53,141 nt of DNA, taken from assembly GCA_034433615.1 (NCBI GenBank), contig DAOUAJ010000135.1, positions 1 through 53,141 of the forward strand. Reading direction: 5' to 3'. Shown here piece after piece: positions 17,080 through 25,919 of this stretch. This DNA comes from Anaerolineae bacterium. Its GTDB lineage: Bacteria; Chloroflexota; Anaerolineae; DUEN01. A model generated the notes under the pieces. The model did no database searches and had not been told where the DNA came from. It was given only the letters and a program-made list of their open reading frames with translations. Each line of letters begins with the position of its first letter. Within the stretch, counting starts at the first letter, position 1. The translations under genes were made by a program, and so were the position numbers.

Positions 17080-19479
17080 TCACGGCTGGGATAGGACAGC
17101 GGTACATGTCGCCCTCTGGGATTCCTCGCCGATTTTGTCGAACAGAGAAAGCTGTTCCTGCGGTATGGCCACGATGGGGTCCAGGGTCAATCGCGCCTGC
17201 CATTCGGGGCGATCCAGATCAGGTTGGTCGGCCAGCCGTCGCAACAGGCGGAACTTGATGAACTGCCAGCCGGCTCCTGTGATGACACCGCGCCAATAGG
17301 GGTAGCGGTCCAGTTTGTGTTGGAGCAACGCGGCCTTGCTCCCGGGCATCACCACGTAATGGGGGACATCCACCAGGCCGGAGGGGGCAGTATGCCATCG
17401 TCCTACCCAGGCATGCAACGTCAGGGCGAAGCCCCAGGCTGGCCGATCATCCTCGTGCCAGATGACACCACATGGCCACAGAGCCTTGTCTGCCATGGTC
17501 AGCGGATGCCCCACAGGAACAAGTCCCCGGCTCAGGGCACGCTCCTGTTCCGATATCCAGACCTCATATCCCAGACGGTGCCCTAACGACCAGAGACGTA
17601 GCAACAGTTCGCCACGCTCCTTAGCCCGGGCTTCTGGCCGATCTTCAGGCCGCAAGACCCACACCCCTTCCACCTCGCGAGCGTACGCGGCCAAACAGGC
17701 CCGCAGAAGTGCAAGGTCCGGCGTCAGCCGACCGGGGAAAGCGCGACAGGCCGCCAGCGCGAGGTCTCGAAAGGACCAGGCGCGCTCGATCAGACGCTCG
17801 TACGCCCACTGCTCCAGCCGATCAGCCAGGGGTTCCCCTGTCATCTCTTCCACTCGCCACCAGGCCTCTTTGTCTACCTCTCGCACCAGGGGCGGAGGGG
17901 GCATCTCTATCATCTCTTGGAGCCAGGCGTCCAATGTCTCACGATCAGATGCTCTGCTAGCGTGACCCTGATCGGCCGGTCGAGCAAGCAGCCCAGCCTG
18001 CGCCCAGGATCGGAGTATGACAGAACGAGCGAGTCCATCTGGCACCGGCTCGGCGCGGTCTTTCACCACCTGGGCTAACGCTTCGGTGGCCGTCTCGCGC
18101 CAGCCAGCGCGGACGGGCCTGGGATGTTCACGCTCGAAAATCAAATAGTGCATCGCCGGCTGACCCTCGGGCGCAAGGCCTGATACCCCGTTGACCAACT
18201 GATAGCCGGCCCACTCCGCAGCTAACAAGAGCATCTCCAGTAGCCCTGCGTGAGTCTCCTCAAAGGCGAGAACCAGGTGACCCCCTGGTCGCAACAGCGG
18301 TGCCAGTGTGCGCAGTGCGACAGCCATAGCTTGCGTGTACCACTGCGGGTCAGCGACCTTGTGCGTGAGCAATGGACGTAACGATGTCGTTAGATCGCGC
18401 CCAAAGAGCCAGCCAGCCCACAGGAAACGCAGAGCCAGAGCCGTTGGGTCAGGTCGCGCCGGGTCTGTTAAAATGAGATCTACCGTGCGCTCTGACAGGT
18501 GTCGGGCCACATCGCGAGATGTAGCCAGCCATGCGAACGCAGCAGGCTGAGGCGCACCCAGGAGCGCCGCCAGCGAGGGCGCCCAGGGGAGCGGAGAGGT
18601 GCCCGCGCGGGCGTTCAGTGTTTCGTAGGCCCATTCCACAACTCGCCACGCATTGCGCTCGACGAAACGCCGAGGCAGGCGCAACGATTCCGGAACGGCG
18701 ACATCATCCGGCTGAGTGTGCAGGGAATGGGTGCGCGTGAGGGCCAACGCGCTCCAGGCTCGCCACAGACGTAGCGCTTCTGAACGGAGTGTCAGGTGCG
18801 CCTCGGCCTGTTGCAAAATAGTGGTCAGGACAAAACGGCTGCGCGGAGGGTAAATCTCAAGGAGGGACTGGACGCGCGGCAGCAGAGGATCATCGCGCGC
18901 AACCAGCCGGCTGACCAGCCACCAGTACATGGCTCCGCGAGCGCCAATCGCAGGATCAACCTCCAGGTCAGCCAGATCCAGGGGGCTTGGCCCGCCAGTG
19001 GAACCGCAGTGAGGGCAGGTATACCCCCGCTCCAGCGGCACACCCGAGGCTCGGTCCCAGATGAACCAATCGGCGCTAATCTCTGTGGCACAGCCAGGGC
19101 AAAAAGTGCGATACAAGGCATCCATGCGCTGCGCCAGTGGCTGCCCTTCCTCCTGTATGTCGGCGATGGTGGTGAAGGCCAGCGCCTGCGCGGCCTTCCC
19201 CGGCGGATCGGCCAGGACACGGGTCAGCAGCAGCGAGACCGGATCGAGGTGGGTCATCAACACTCGTCGCCCGGCACGCACACCCGCGCGAGCCAGTGCA
19301 GGATGCGAGGCAAAGGGGTCCAGCACCAGTGCACCGGGTGCCGTCAACTCTTCCAGATAGCCGGTGACCAACTCGTCTGACCAGGGTGACTGGGGCCAGA
19401 CCCATGCCGCCTCTGCCTCCCGCACTGCGGTAGGGTAACACACTGGGCCCCACTCCATTCCAGCCTCCTCATCGCGCAT
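17080..19479 (-). CDS. 799-aa protein resembling a Zn-ribbon-containing DNA methylase with degenerate catalytic motifs, plus a nuclease-like C-terminal module
   Basis: LVLDPFASHPALARAG occupies the place of DPFxGxGT. A Zn ribbon follows (CPGC...CPHC). LILTDPARPDP occupies the place of TDPPY. The C-terminal LGYEVWI...VIWHEDDRPAWGFALTLHA...YVVMPG resembles a restriction-associated VW...DVxW...FEVEHTT...IVxP module with the acidic residues lost. Confidence 0.6.
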   Translation of the reverse strand: MRDEEAGMEWGPVCYPTAVREAEAAWVWPQSPWSDELVTGYLEELTAPGALVLDPFASHPALARAGVRAGRRVLMTHLDPVSLLLTRVLADPPGKAAQALAFTTIADIQEEGQPLAQRMDALYRTFCPGCATEISADWFIWDRASGVPLERGYTCPHCGSTGGPSPLDLADLEVDPAIGARGAMYWWLVSRLVARDDPLLPRVQSLLEIYPPRSRFVLTTILQQAEAHLTLRSEALRLWRAWSALALTRTHSLHTQPDDVAVPESLRLPRRFVERNAWRVVEWAYETLNARAGTSPLPWAPSLAALLGAPQPAAFAWLATSRDVARHLSERTVDLILTDPARPDPTALALRFLWAGWLFGRDLTTSLRPLLTHKVADPQWYTQAMAVALRTLAPLLRPGGHLVLAFEETHAGLLEMLLLAAEWAGYQLVNGVSGLAPEGQPAMHYLIFEREHPRPVRAGWRETATEALAQVVKDRAEPVPDGLARSVILRSWAQAGLLARPADQGHASRASDRETLDAWLQEMIEMPPPPLVREVDKEAWWRVEEMTGEPLADRLEQWAYERLIERAWSFRDLALAACRAFPGRLTPDLALLRACLAAYAREVEGVWVLRPEDRPEARAKERGELLLRLWSLGHRLGYEVWISEQERALSRGLVPVGHPLTMADKALWPCGVIWHEDDRPAWGFALTLHAWVGRWHTAPSGLVDVPHYVVMPGSKAALLQHKLDRYPYWRGVITGAGWQFIKFRLLRRLADQPDLDRPEWQARLTLDPIVAIPQEQLSLFDKIGEESQRATCTAVLSQP

Positions 19480-19545
19480 TGCATCGCACCATCTTATATC
19501 TTACCATAAATCTAACTGTTATGGCTAACTTATGAAGCAGATGAC

Positions 19546-19574
19546 TTGACGTGACGGGTTGCCCCGTTTATACT
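19546..19574 (+). promoter_or_regulatory. Sigma70-like promoter (TTGACG-N17-TATACT)
   Basis: Hexamers at 19546-19551 and 19569-19574, about 100 nt upstream of the epimerase start. Confidence 0.5.
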
Positions 19575-19673
19575 GGAGTTGGCTTTCCGTTCTACGTGCT
19601 GCGTCGGGATATGCCGTACCGTTTCCGGACAGGTACGTCGGTGTGAATTTTGCTGTTTGGAGATTAAGAGCCC

Positions 19674-20618
19674 ATGCGCGTACTGATTACCGGCGGCGCT
19701 GGTTTCCTCGGCTCAGCTCTGGCCCGTCGCCTCGTTGCCGATGGGCATCACGTCCGGGTGCTGGATGACCTCAGCGCGGGCGATCCAGCCCGACTGCCCC
19801 CTGATGTTCTTTTTACGCGCGGTGATGTGCGTGATCGTCCCAAGCTATGGACATTATTGCAAGGGGTACAGTGCGTGTTCCATCTGGCCGCGCGCGTTTC
19901 GGTTGCTGAGTCAGTGGCATACCCGCGAGAGTATAACGACGTCAATGTTGGCGGCACGGTAGCCTTGATGGAAGCGATGCGTGACGTGGGGGTGCGTCGG
20001 GTGGTGTTGGCCTCTTCGGGCACAGTTTATGGAGATCAACCACGGCAGCCGGTGGATGAGAATATGCGGCCTAACCCACTAGCTCCCTACGCGGTCAGCA
20101 AGCTTGCTGCCGAGTACTATACTTTCACGTTGGGCGCGCTCTACAACATTGAGACAGTGGCGATACGCATCTTTAATGCCTACGGGCCTGGACAGCCTCT
20201 CCCCCCGGCCCACGCGCCCGTCATTCCCCAGTTCATCAAGCAGACCCTCAGCGGGGAGTCACTGGTCATCTTCGGCGATGGTATGCAAACGCGCGACTTT
20301 GTCTATGTTGACGACGTCGTGGATGCTCTGGTTACCGCCTCTATTGCGCCTGGGATCAATCGGCAGATCATTAACATCGGCTCGGGGAAGGAAATCAGCA
20401 TCAACACCCTGGTACGGGCCATCGCCGAGGTTACCGGCCGCCGTCCGTCTGTATTGTATAACGAAAAACAGTCGGGAGGCGTATCGCGGCTGGTCGCCAG
20501 TTTAGAAAAGGCTCACGCCCTGTTGGGCTACCAGCCGCAAGTAGACCTGCGTACTGGCTTGAAGCGATTTTTGACCGAGGATAGCCGCTTCCTCAGTCTG
20601 CGCGCGCAAGTCGCTTAG
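19674..20618 (+). CDS. NAD-dependent nucleotide-sugar epimerase/dehydratase (GalE-like extended SDR)
   Basis: VLITGGAGFLGSALARRL, the YAVSKLAAE catalytic YxxxK, and 314 aa. Confidence 0.85.
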   Translation: MRVLITGGAGFLGSALARRLVADGHHVRVLDDLSAGDPARLPPDVLFTRGDVRDRPKLWTLLQGVQCVFHLAARVSVAESVAYPREYNDVNVGGTVALMEAMRDVGVRRVVLASSGTVYGDQPRQPVDENMRPNPLAPYAVSKLAAEYYTFTLGALYNIETVAIRIFNAYGPGQPLPPAHAPVIPQFIKQTLSGESLVIFGDGMQTRDFVYVDDVVDALVTASIAPGINRQIINIGSGKEISINTLVRAIAEVTGRRPSVLYNEKQSGGVSRLVASLEKAHALLGYQPQVDLRTGLKRFLTEDSRFLSLRAQVA

Positions 20619-20696
20619 TGCAGCCAATCACTCGCTCGCCCTCCGATAACCAAGCGCCCGGGTAATGACAGGGCGCTTGGTTGCTTATGGCCGAGG

Positions 20697-21818
20697 TTAA
20701 CGATGCGTGATCACCGGTGTTCCAATAGACGCCCACTGGTAGAGCCATTGCGCCTCGGACGTGCGCATGTTGATGCAGCCGCGGCTCATCGGGCGCCCGA
20801 AGTTGTTGTGCCAATAAGTGCCATGGATGGCATATCCGCGGTAGAAATACATGACGTAAGGCACATTAGGCAGGTAATAGCCCGGTCCAACCATCGTTTG
20901 GGCTCGGAGCTTGGTGCGGATGGCAAAGCGACCCAGGACCGTAGGGGTGCGAGGAAGTCCGGTGCTCACTTTGGTAGTAAAGATCAGTTGGTCACCTTCG
21001 TAGGCGCTGAGCGTTTGAGTTCTAACGTTTACGTCAATCCATTTACCTGCGGTGGGTATGTTAGCTGCCTTTGACGCAGAGCGTTGTGGTGACGAGACAG
21101 CAGGGGCCGGTCGAGGGGCCGCGGCCAAACCGCTGCTCGGGATATTCAAGCGTTGCCCCACATACAGGATATTGGGATTAGCCAGGCGGTTGGCTGCCAG
21201 GATGGTCTGAACACTCACCCCATGCTGGTGAGCGATGCTGGCCAAAAACTCCCCGCGTTTCACAACATGAACGGTAGAGGAAGTGGGTGGGGCGGGTGTC
21301 ACAGGGGGCGTAGCTGCTGATGGGGGGGATTCGGCCGGCTGAGCCGGCTGGGGTGTGGGAGCAACTCTCACTCGCGTGGTTGCCGCGCCAGGGATCCGCA
21401 GTCTCTGTCCTACGTAGAGGAAGTTGCCGTCAGACAATCCATTCTCACGCATCAACGCTCCAACAGTCGTCCCGTAGCGATTGGCGATCAACGCCAGATA
21501 TTCCCCTGGACGGACGATATGGACCTGGGTGTTGTTTGTCGCTTCGGCTGATGACGTCTGAGCGATGGGGACGCGCAAGCGCTGCCCCACGTAGACAAAG
21601 TTAGGATTGCTTAGGCCATTATAAGCGGCCAGCCGGGCAACCGTCGTGTGATAGCGGGCCGCAATCGTAGCCAAGGTTTCCCCTCGACGTACCCAATGGA
21701 TTATGTCTTCTGCCCCTGATTGGCCGATGGGTTGCGCTAGAGAAGTAGGGGTAATGACGAGAGTAACCACAAGAGCCAGACAGGCCCCCCATGCAATGAG
21801 ATAAGACCTGTATGACAT
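20697..21818 (-). CDS. 3x LysM plus YkuD L,D-transpeptidase
   Basis: Signal peptide, three LysM repeats (HxVRRGETLxxIAxRYxTTV...NxIYVGQRLxIP), a Pro-rich linker, and the catalytic HGTYWHNNFGRPMSRGCINM. Confidence 0.85.
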   Translation of the reverse strand: MSYRSYLIAWGACLALVVTLVITPTSLAQPIGQSGAEDIIHWVRRGETLATIAARYHTTVARLAAYNGLSNPNFVYVGQRLRVPIAQTSSAEATNNTQVHIVRPGEYLALIANRYGTTVGALMRENGLSDGNFLYVGQRLRIPGAATTRVRVAPTPQPAQPAESPPSAATPPVTPAPPTSSTVHVVKRGEFLASIAHQHGVSVQTILAANRLANPNILYVGQRLNIPSSGLAAAPRPAPAVSSPQRSASKAANIPTAGKWIDVNVRTQTLSAYEGDQLIFTTKVSTGLPRTPTVLGRFAIRTKLRAQTMVGPGYYLPNVPYVMYFYRGYAIHGTYWHNNFGRPMSRGCINMRTSEAQWLYQWASIGTPVITHR

Positions 21819-22059
21819 CCTTCCTCCTTCTCGTTAGACAGCAATGGTGTCAATCTCAGATCCGCGCAGTCCTAATCCTCAGAGATAGGCTCAAAGTGTA
21901 ACCAGTATAGCAGATTTTCATAAGATTGACAATAGTTGCGGTAGAGCTTCAGCTCCCTTCAGGCAGGAAAAGGCCGTTAACTTGATGCCTATGAGATAGT
22001 CGCCTCTTTTGCCCAGCAAACACTGCTTGTGATTGTAAGGTGATCGTAAGCGCGGCCTA

Positions 22060-22087
22060 TTGACCTGAGAGAGGAAGAGGGTATAAT
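22060..22087 (+). promoter_or_regulatory. Sigma70-like promoter (TTGACC-N16-TATAAT)
   Basis: Hexamers at 22060-22065 and 22082-22087. The implied transcription start near 22094 argues against the TTG at 22097 as the translation start. Confidence 0.55.
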
Positions 22088-22147
22088 GATAAGTACTTGT
22101 CGTGTTTCATTTTCGGGGTGATTAATATCAAACAGGGGAGATCATAT

Positions 22148-22639
22148 ATGCCCAGTGTATTCCACTTCGCCAGTTATCCCACCACCCTGAATCAGAGGTT
22201 TTCTGGCGTCTCCAGCTCTGAAGTTACCAGATCAGGAGAATCCAGGATGCGGCGACGGCGTTTGCTCGTCCTGTCACGTGAGCAAACAGTGGGAATGCAA
22301 GCGGTTGCGCCAGCTTTTCGCAGTCGGGGATGGGATGTGGATATCTCTGATCTGAGTACCGAAGCTCTTGAGTCCATGAAAAAGTGGCCGTACGATCTTG
22401 TCATCATGGAGATTGCCCACTCTGGTCCGGAAGGGTTTGCATTATGTGAGGTGCTGCGCCAGCGTTCTCTTGTCCCTCTGTTGCTTGTCGTCTCATCGGC
22501 GGCCAAAAACGATGTCGTTCAAGGGTTTCACAGAGGTGCAGATGCTTATGTCGTAGAACCATTTGATGTACGGGAGTTGCTGGTGCGCGCTGAAGCCCTG
22601 GTACGTCGGGCAGAGGGTCGCGCCTACCAGCCAATATAG
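22148..22639 (+). CDS. Stand-alone atypical (pseudo-)receiver domain protein
   Basis: REC fold (LLVLS..., DLVIMEI, LLLVVSS, AYVVEPF, ELLVRAEALVRR). The acidic pair is SRE, the acceptor Asp is Glu, and the conserved Lys of KPF is Glu. ATG 22148 has a GGGGAG SD; ATG 22247 is an alternative. Confidence 0.65.
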   Translation: MPSVFHFASYPTTLNQRFSGVSSSEVTRSGESRMRRRRLLVLSREQTVGMQAVAPAFRSRGWDVDISDLSTEALESMKKWPYDLVIMEIAHSGPEGFALCEVLRQRSLVPLLLVVSSAAKNDVVQGFHRGADAYVVEPFDVRELLVRAEALVRRAEGRAYQPI

Positions 22640-22722
22640 AACACGCGCAGCATTTGGGAGAACACCACCAGTCAAGGCTGCGCGAATTTCAATGCCTGCT
22701 CAGGAATAAGTCACGGGGTAAT

Positions 22723-22772
22723 GTAAAAGGCCCTATCTCCATCCAGGAGACAGGGCCTTTTACATCTTTTTT
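22723..22772 (+). terminator. Strong intrinsic terminator
   Basis: 18-nt arms 22723-22740 / 22746-22763 (17 of 18 paired), a 5-nt loop, then ATCTTTTTTCTTC. Confidence 0.7.
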
Positions 22773-22998
22773 CTTCATTCGCTACTCTTTTACTTCTCTC
22801 CCTCGCGCGGCCTACCCACACGCAAAAACTCTGATACCCCTAGCCGTAGAACTGCCTTGGCGCTTCGGGAAAATTGCGCGCGTCCTTTAATAGGGTTCTA
22901 TCGTCTAATTAAGCAGAGTTTAGCAGTAGTTAGCTGTCAGCTTTTAGCCCATGGTCTTCTGAGAGGCGAAGACCACAAGTGCGGGCCACAAGCAACCG

Positions 22999-23097
22999 TC
23001 AGCCTTCAGCCATCAGCTTTCAGCCATCAGCCATCAGCTTTCAGCCAACTGCTGACCGCTGATCGCTAATCGCTGATGGCTGATCGCTGACTGCTAT
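22999..23097. repeat. Palindromic heptamer array: 7x TCAGCNN followed by 7x NNGCTGA
   Basis: TCAGCNN units at 22999-23047 and NNGCTGA units at 23049-23097, symmetric about 23048. Each unit pair gives 5 bp (TCAGC/GCTGA) separated by 2x2 mismatches. Degenerate units also occur at about 22916-22950. Confidence 0.75.
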
Positions 23098-23119
23098 TTT
23101 TGCAAAAAGAGGTGGGGGT

Positions 23120-23674
23120 ATGGCCATCTACGCACGTCTCCTACGAGATAATGAACAAAGGTATTTGCTGGAACTGGCTCGGAACCGCAATGACCGCTCC
23201 ATGCGCAAGCGAGCGCGCATCATTTTGCTTTCAGCTCAGGGTTACACCGTCCCACAGATTAGCGCAGAAGTCGGGCTCCATCCGATCAATGTACGTAAAT
23301 GGATTCACCGATTTAACGCGAAGGGGCCATCCGGTCTGCAGTCTGGCAAATCACCGGGGCGACCGCCTCGATTTACCTCTGAACAAAAACAAGCTATCCT
23401 TGAGCTGGCCAGAAATGACCCGCAGAAGTTAGGGTTGCCGTTCCAGCGCTGGTCACTGCAGCGCCTGCGCGATCATCTGATCAGAGCCGGGGTTGTAGAC
23501 GCCATCAGTGCGGAGACTATCCGGCAAATCATCCGGTCTGGCGGGGACGGATACACTCCGGGGGCCAATGGTGAATCCGGTGTCAGTGATCGCCTGCAAG
23601 CTCCCATGATATTGCACGTCGAGCATAAGCCGGCACAGCCAAGCGGGCAGGAGCTGGAACGTGAATACGCGTAG
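23120..23674 (+). mobile_element. IS630-family transposase N-terminal HTH/wHTH region only (no DDE domain): IS remnant or domesticated HTH protein
   Basis: RKRARIILLSAQGYTVPQISAEVGLHPINVRKWIHRFNAKGPSGL...GRPPRFTSEQKQAILELA...WSLQRLRDHL is the typical IS630/Tc1-type N-terminus. The ORF ends after 184 aa, and only about 200 nt separate it from the next gene. Confidence 0.6.
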
Positions 23675-23797
23675 TGAGCTTTGTGTGACGCTCGCTGCTC
23701 CGGAGTGAAAAACATTTCCTCATTCTCCGCGTCAAGGGTTGCTTGCCCTTCTTTCAGCGGCACCTGGCGTTTGCACTTTATTATACGGCAATGCTTC

Positions 23798-23829
23798 GGG
23801 GAGGTACTGTGCCTCCCCTTTTGTCTTTT
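23798..23829 (+). terminator. Intrinsic terminator
   Basis: GGGGAGG-TACTGTG-CCTCCCC followed by TTTTGTCTTTT. Confidence 0.65.
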
Positions 23830-23879
23830 CAGGACGCAACCGTATAATTGGCGCAAAGTGGATAGAAGGGAGCAAGGGT

Positions 23880-25265
23880 ATGGCAATCGTCATCGTTGGA
23901 TTAGGGCCTGGAGACGCCGGCTGTTTGACTCAGGAAGCATGGCAAGTGTTAAGTGAGGCCACTGAGATTTACCTGCGTACCCGAGAGCACCCTGTGGTAT
24001 CGGCCTTGCCGAGCGGACGTATTCACACTTTTGATGACGTCTACGCTCGCAAAGAGCAATTCGCTGCCATTTATGAGGAGATCGCGCGGCGCGTCGTAGC
24101 ATTAGGAGAGCGACCAGAGGGAGTAGTGTATGCCGTGCCCGGCCACCCCCGTGTGGGTGAACAGACTACACCGCGCATAGAGGCACTGGCCAAAGCACGC
24201 GGCATCCCGGTACGCATCGTGGACGGCCTGAGTTTCCTCGAACCTGTGCTCAACGCTCTGGGTGTAGACCCTCTGGACAGGGCCGGATTGCAAATCGTAG
24301 ATGCCATGATCGTCGCGCAGCGGCACTATCCGCCCTTGGATCCGACCGTACCCGCACTGATCGCTCAATGCTACAACCGGACCATCGCCAGTGACGTGAA
24401 GCTGACGCTGCTGAATGCTTACCCCGACGAACATCTTGTGATTGTGCTCTCAGCCATAAGAGCAGGAGCAGCGCAAATCCAGGAGTTGCCTCTGGTGGAG
24501 TTGGATCGAATCCATCGCTTCGACGATCTGACGACATTGTACATACCCCCGGTCGCCCCTGGTGGCTCTGTCACCGAGCTCCAGGAAGTGCTCGCCCATT
24601 TGCGGGCGCCCGAGGGTTGTCCCTGGGATCGGGAGCAGACGCACGAAAGCCTGCGGGCCAACTTGCTGGAAGAAACCTATGAGGTCCTCGATGCCTTGGA
24701 CCGCGGCGATACCGACAGCCTGCGCGAGGAATTGGGCGATCTGCTAATGCAGATCGTCTTCCATACGCAGATTGCGGCAGAAGGATCGGAGTTCCGCATG
24801 GCCGACGTGGCGCGAGGCATCGTGACGAAGTTATGGCGACGACATCCTCACGTGTTCGGTGACGTCCCGGTGAAAAGCATAGAAGATGTACTGCGTAATT
24901 GGGAAGCGATTAAAGCAGGTGAACGCCAGAAGAAGTCCGGTAATCACGGCTTGCTGTCTGGTATTCCCCAGGGACTGCCGGCTCTGGCCCAGGCTCAGGC
25001 CTACCTTGGTCGGGCGGAAAGTCTTGGACAGAGCCAGTCTGACAGTTTAGAGATGGCAGCCACTCTCCTGGCCAGCCTGGAAAGCACCCCCAATGTGGAA
25101 GAACAATTGGGGCAGTTGTTGCTGATTGTGGTAAACTGGGCACGACGGCGAGGTGTGGACGCAGAGAGTGCCTTACGAACTGCCAATATCCGACTGTCCG
25201 CAATCATTGGCCAGCCTTCGACCGGAGCTTCCCCCACGTTCGCTAAAGACCTCCCCACTACTTAG
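23880..25265 (+). CDS. YabN-type fusion: tetrapyrrole-methylase-like domain plus MazG nucleotide pyrophosphohydrolase
   Basis: Start at ATG 23880 (MAIVIVGLGPGDAG...). The C-terminal half carries the MazG motif CPWDREQTHESLRANLLEETYEVLDA...EELGDLLMQIVFH. Confidence 0.85.
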   Translation: MAIVIVGLGPGDAGCLTQEAWQVLSEATEIYLRTREHPVVSALPSGRIHTFDDVYARKEQFAAIYEEIARRVVALGERPEGVVYAVPGHPRVGEQTTPRIEALAKARGIPVRIVDGLSFLEPVLNALGVDPLDRAGLQIVDAMIVAQRHYPPLDPTVPALIAQCYNRTIASDVKLTLLNAYPDEHLVIVLSAIRAGAAQIQELPLVELDRIHRFDDLTTLYIPPVAPGGSVTELQEVLAHLRAPEGCPWDREQTHESLRANLLEETYEVLDALDRGDTDSLREELGDLLMQIVFHTQIAAEGSEFRMADVARGIVTKLWRRHPHVFGDVPVKSIEDVLRNWEAIKAGERQKKSGNHGLLSGIPQGLPALAQAQAYLGRAESLGQSQSDSLEMAATLLASLESTPNVEEQLGQLLLIVVNWARRRGVDAESALRTANIRLSAIIGQPSTGASPTFAKDLPTT

Positions 25266-25453
25266 ACATTCGGTGACTGCCACCGTCCGATATGACATTG
25301 ATCATTGGACCACTCCCCAGGTAGTGATAAGATTCACACCGCGCCTGAGATGGTAAACTTCCTACCCAGTGCTGGTAGCGTCCGGCATTCTGCGATGGGG
25401 AAAGAGCTCATCCACCCTTAGCACACATTTGCTCATCAGCAAGAGGAGATCAT

Positions 25454-25822
25454 ATGCCAGCGGTCAAATCACTCGAAGACCTGCACCAGTTACGGGAAGA
25501 GGTCTTAAAAAAACGCCAGGCAAAGCCTGCCACCGGACATGCTCGAATTATTGTCAGCATGGGGATATGTGGGATAGCCGTCGGCGCACGGGAGGCGATG
25601 AAAGCGATCCTGGAAACCATCGAAGCAGAGAATCTGAACGGGATTGTCGTCACACAAGCCGGATGCGTTGGCCTCTGCGGGTGGGAACCTATCGTCCAGG
25701 TCATGGTGGGCGATGAGCCTAAAGTCACTTACATGAAGGTTTCACCGGAAAGAGCCAAACGAATCGTTCAAGAGCATGTGGTGGGAGGAAAGGTTATCCC
25801 TGAGTTCGTGATCCCCCGTTAG
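25454..25822 (+). CDS. Thioredoxin-like [2Fe-2S] ferredoxin
   Basis: 122 aa with cysteines in ...SMGICGIA... and ...GCVGLCGWEP..., the pattern of hydrogenase-associated Trx-like 2Fe-2S proteins. SD is AGAGGAG. Confidence 0.75.
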   Translation: MPAVKSLEDLHQLREEVLKKRQAKPATGHARIIVSMGICGIAVGAREAMKAILETIEAENLNGIVVTQAGCVGLCGWEPIVQVMVGDEPKVTYMKVSPERAKRIVQEHVVGGKVIPEFVIPR

Positions 25823-25919
25823 GGCATTTCTAATACTGTAATGAAGCTTTGTCATTGAGAGGCGAACCTTCAGAGGAGTTGCCCGTTCGCTGTTAGCGCA
25901 CCATCGGTCGAATGAAAAT

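Noticed and set aside
22654-23069. Small plus-strand ORFs 22654-22890 and 22857-23069 (the latter translating the heptamers as SAFSHQPSAFSQ).
   Set aside because: The first spans a strong terminator hairpin. The second is a by-product of the heptamer repeat. Neither has an SD or a plausible composition.
22999-23097. Heptamer array as a CRISPR array.
   Set aside because: The repeat unit is 7 nt with no spacers, the two halves are inverted, and there are no cas genes in the window.
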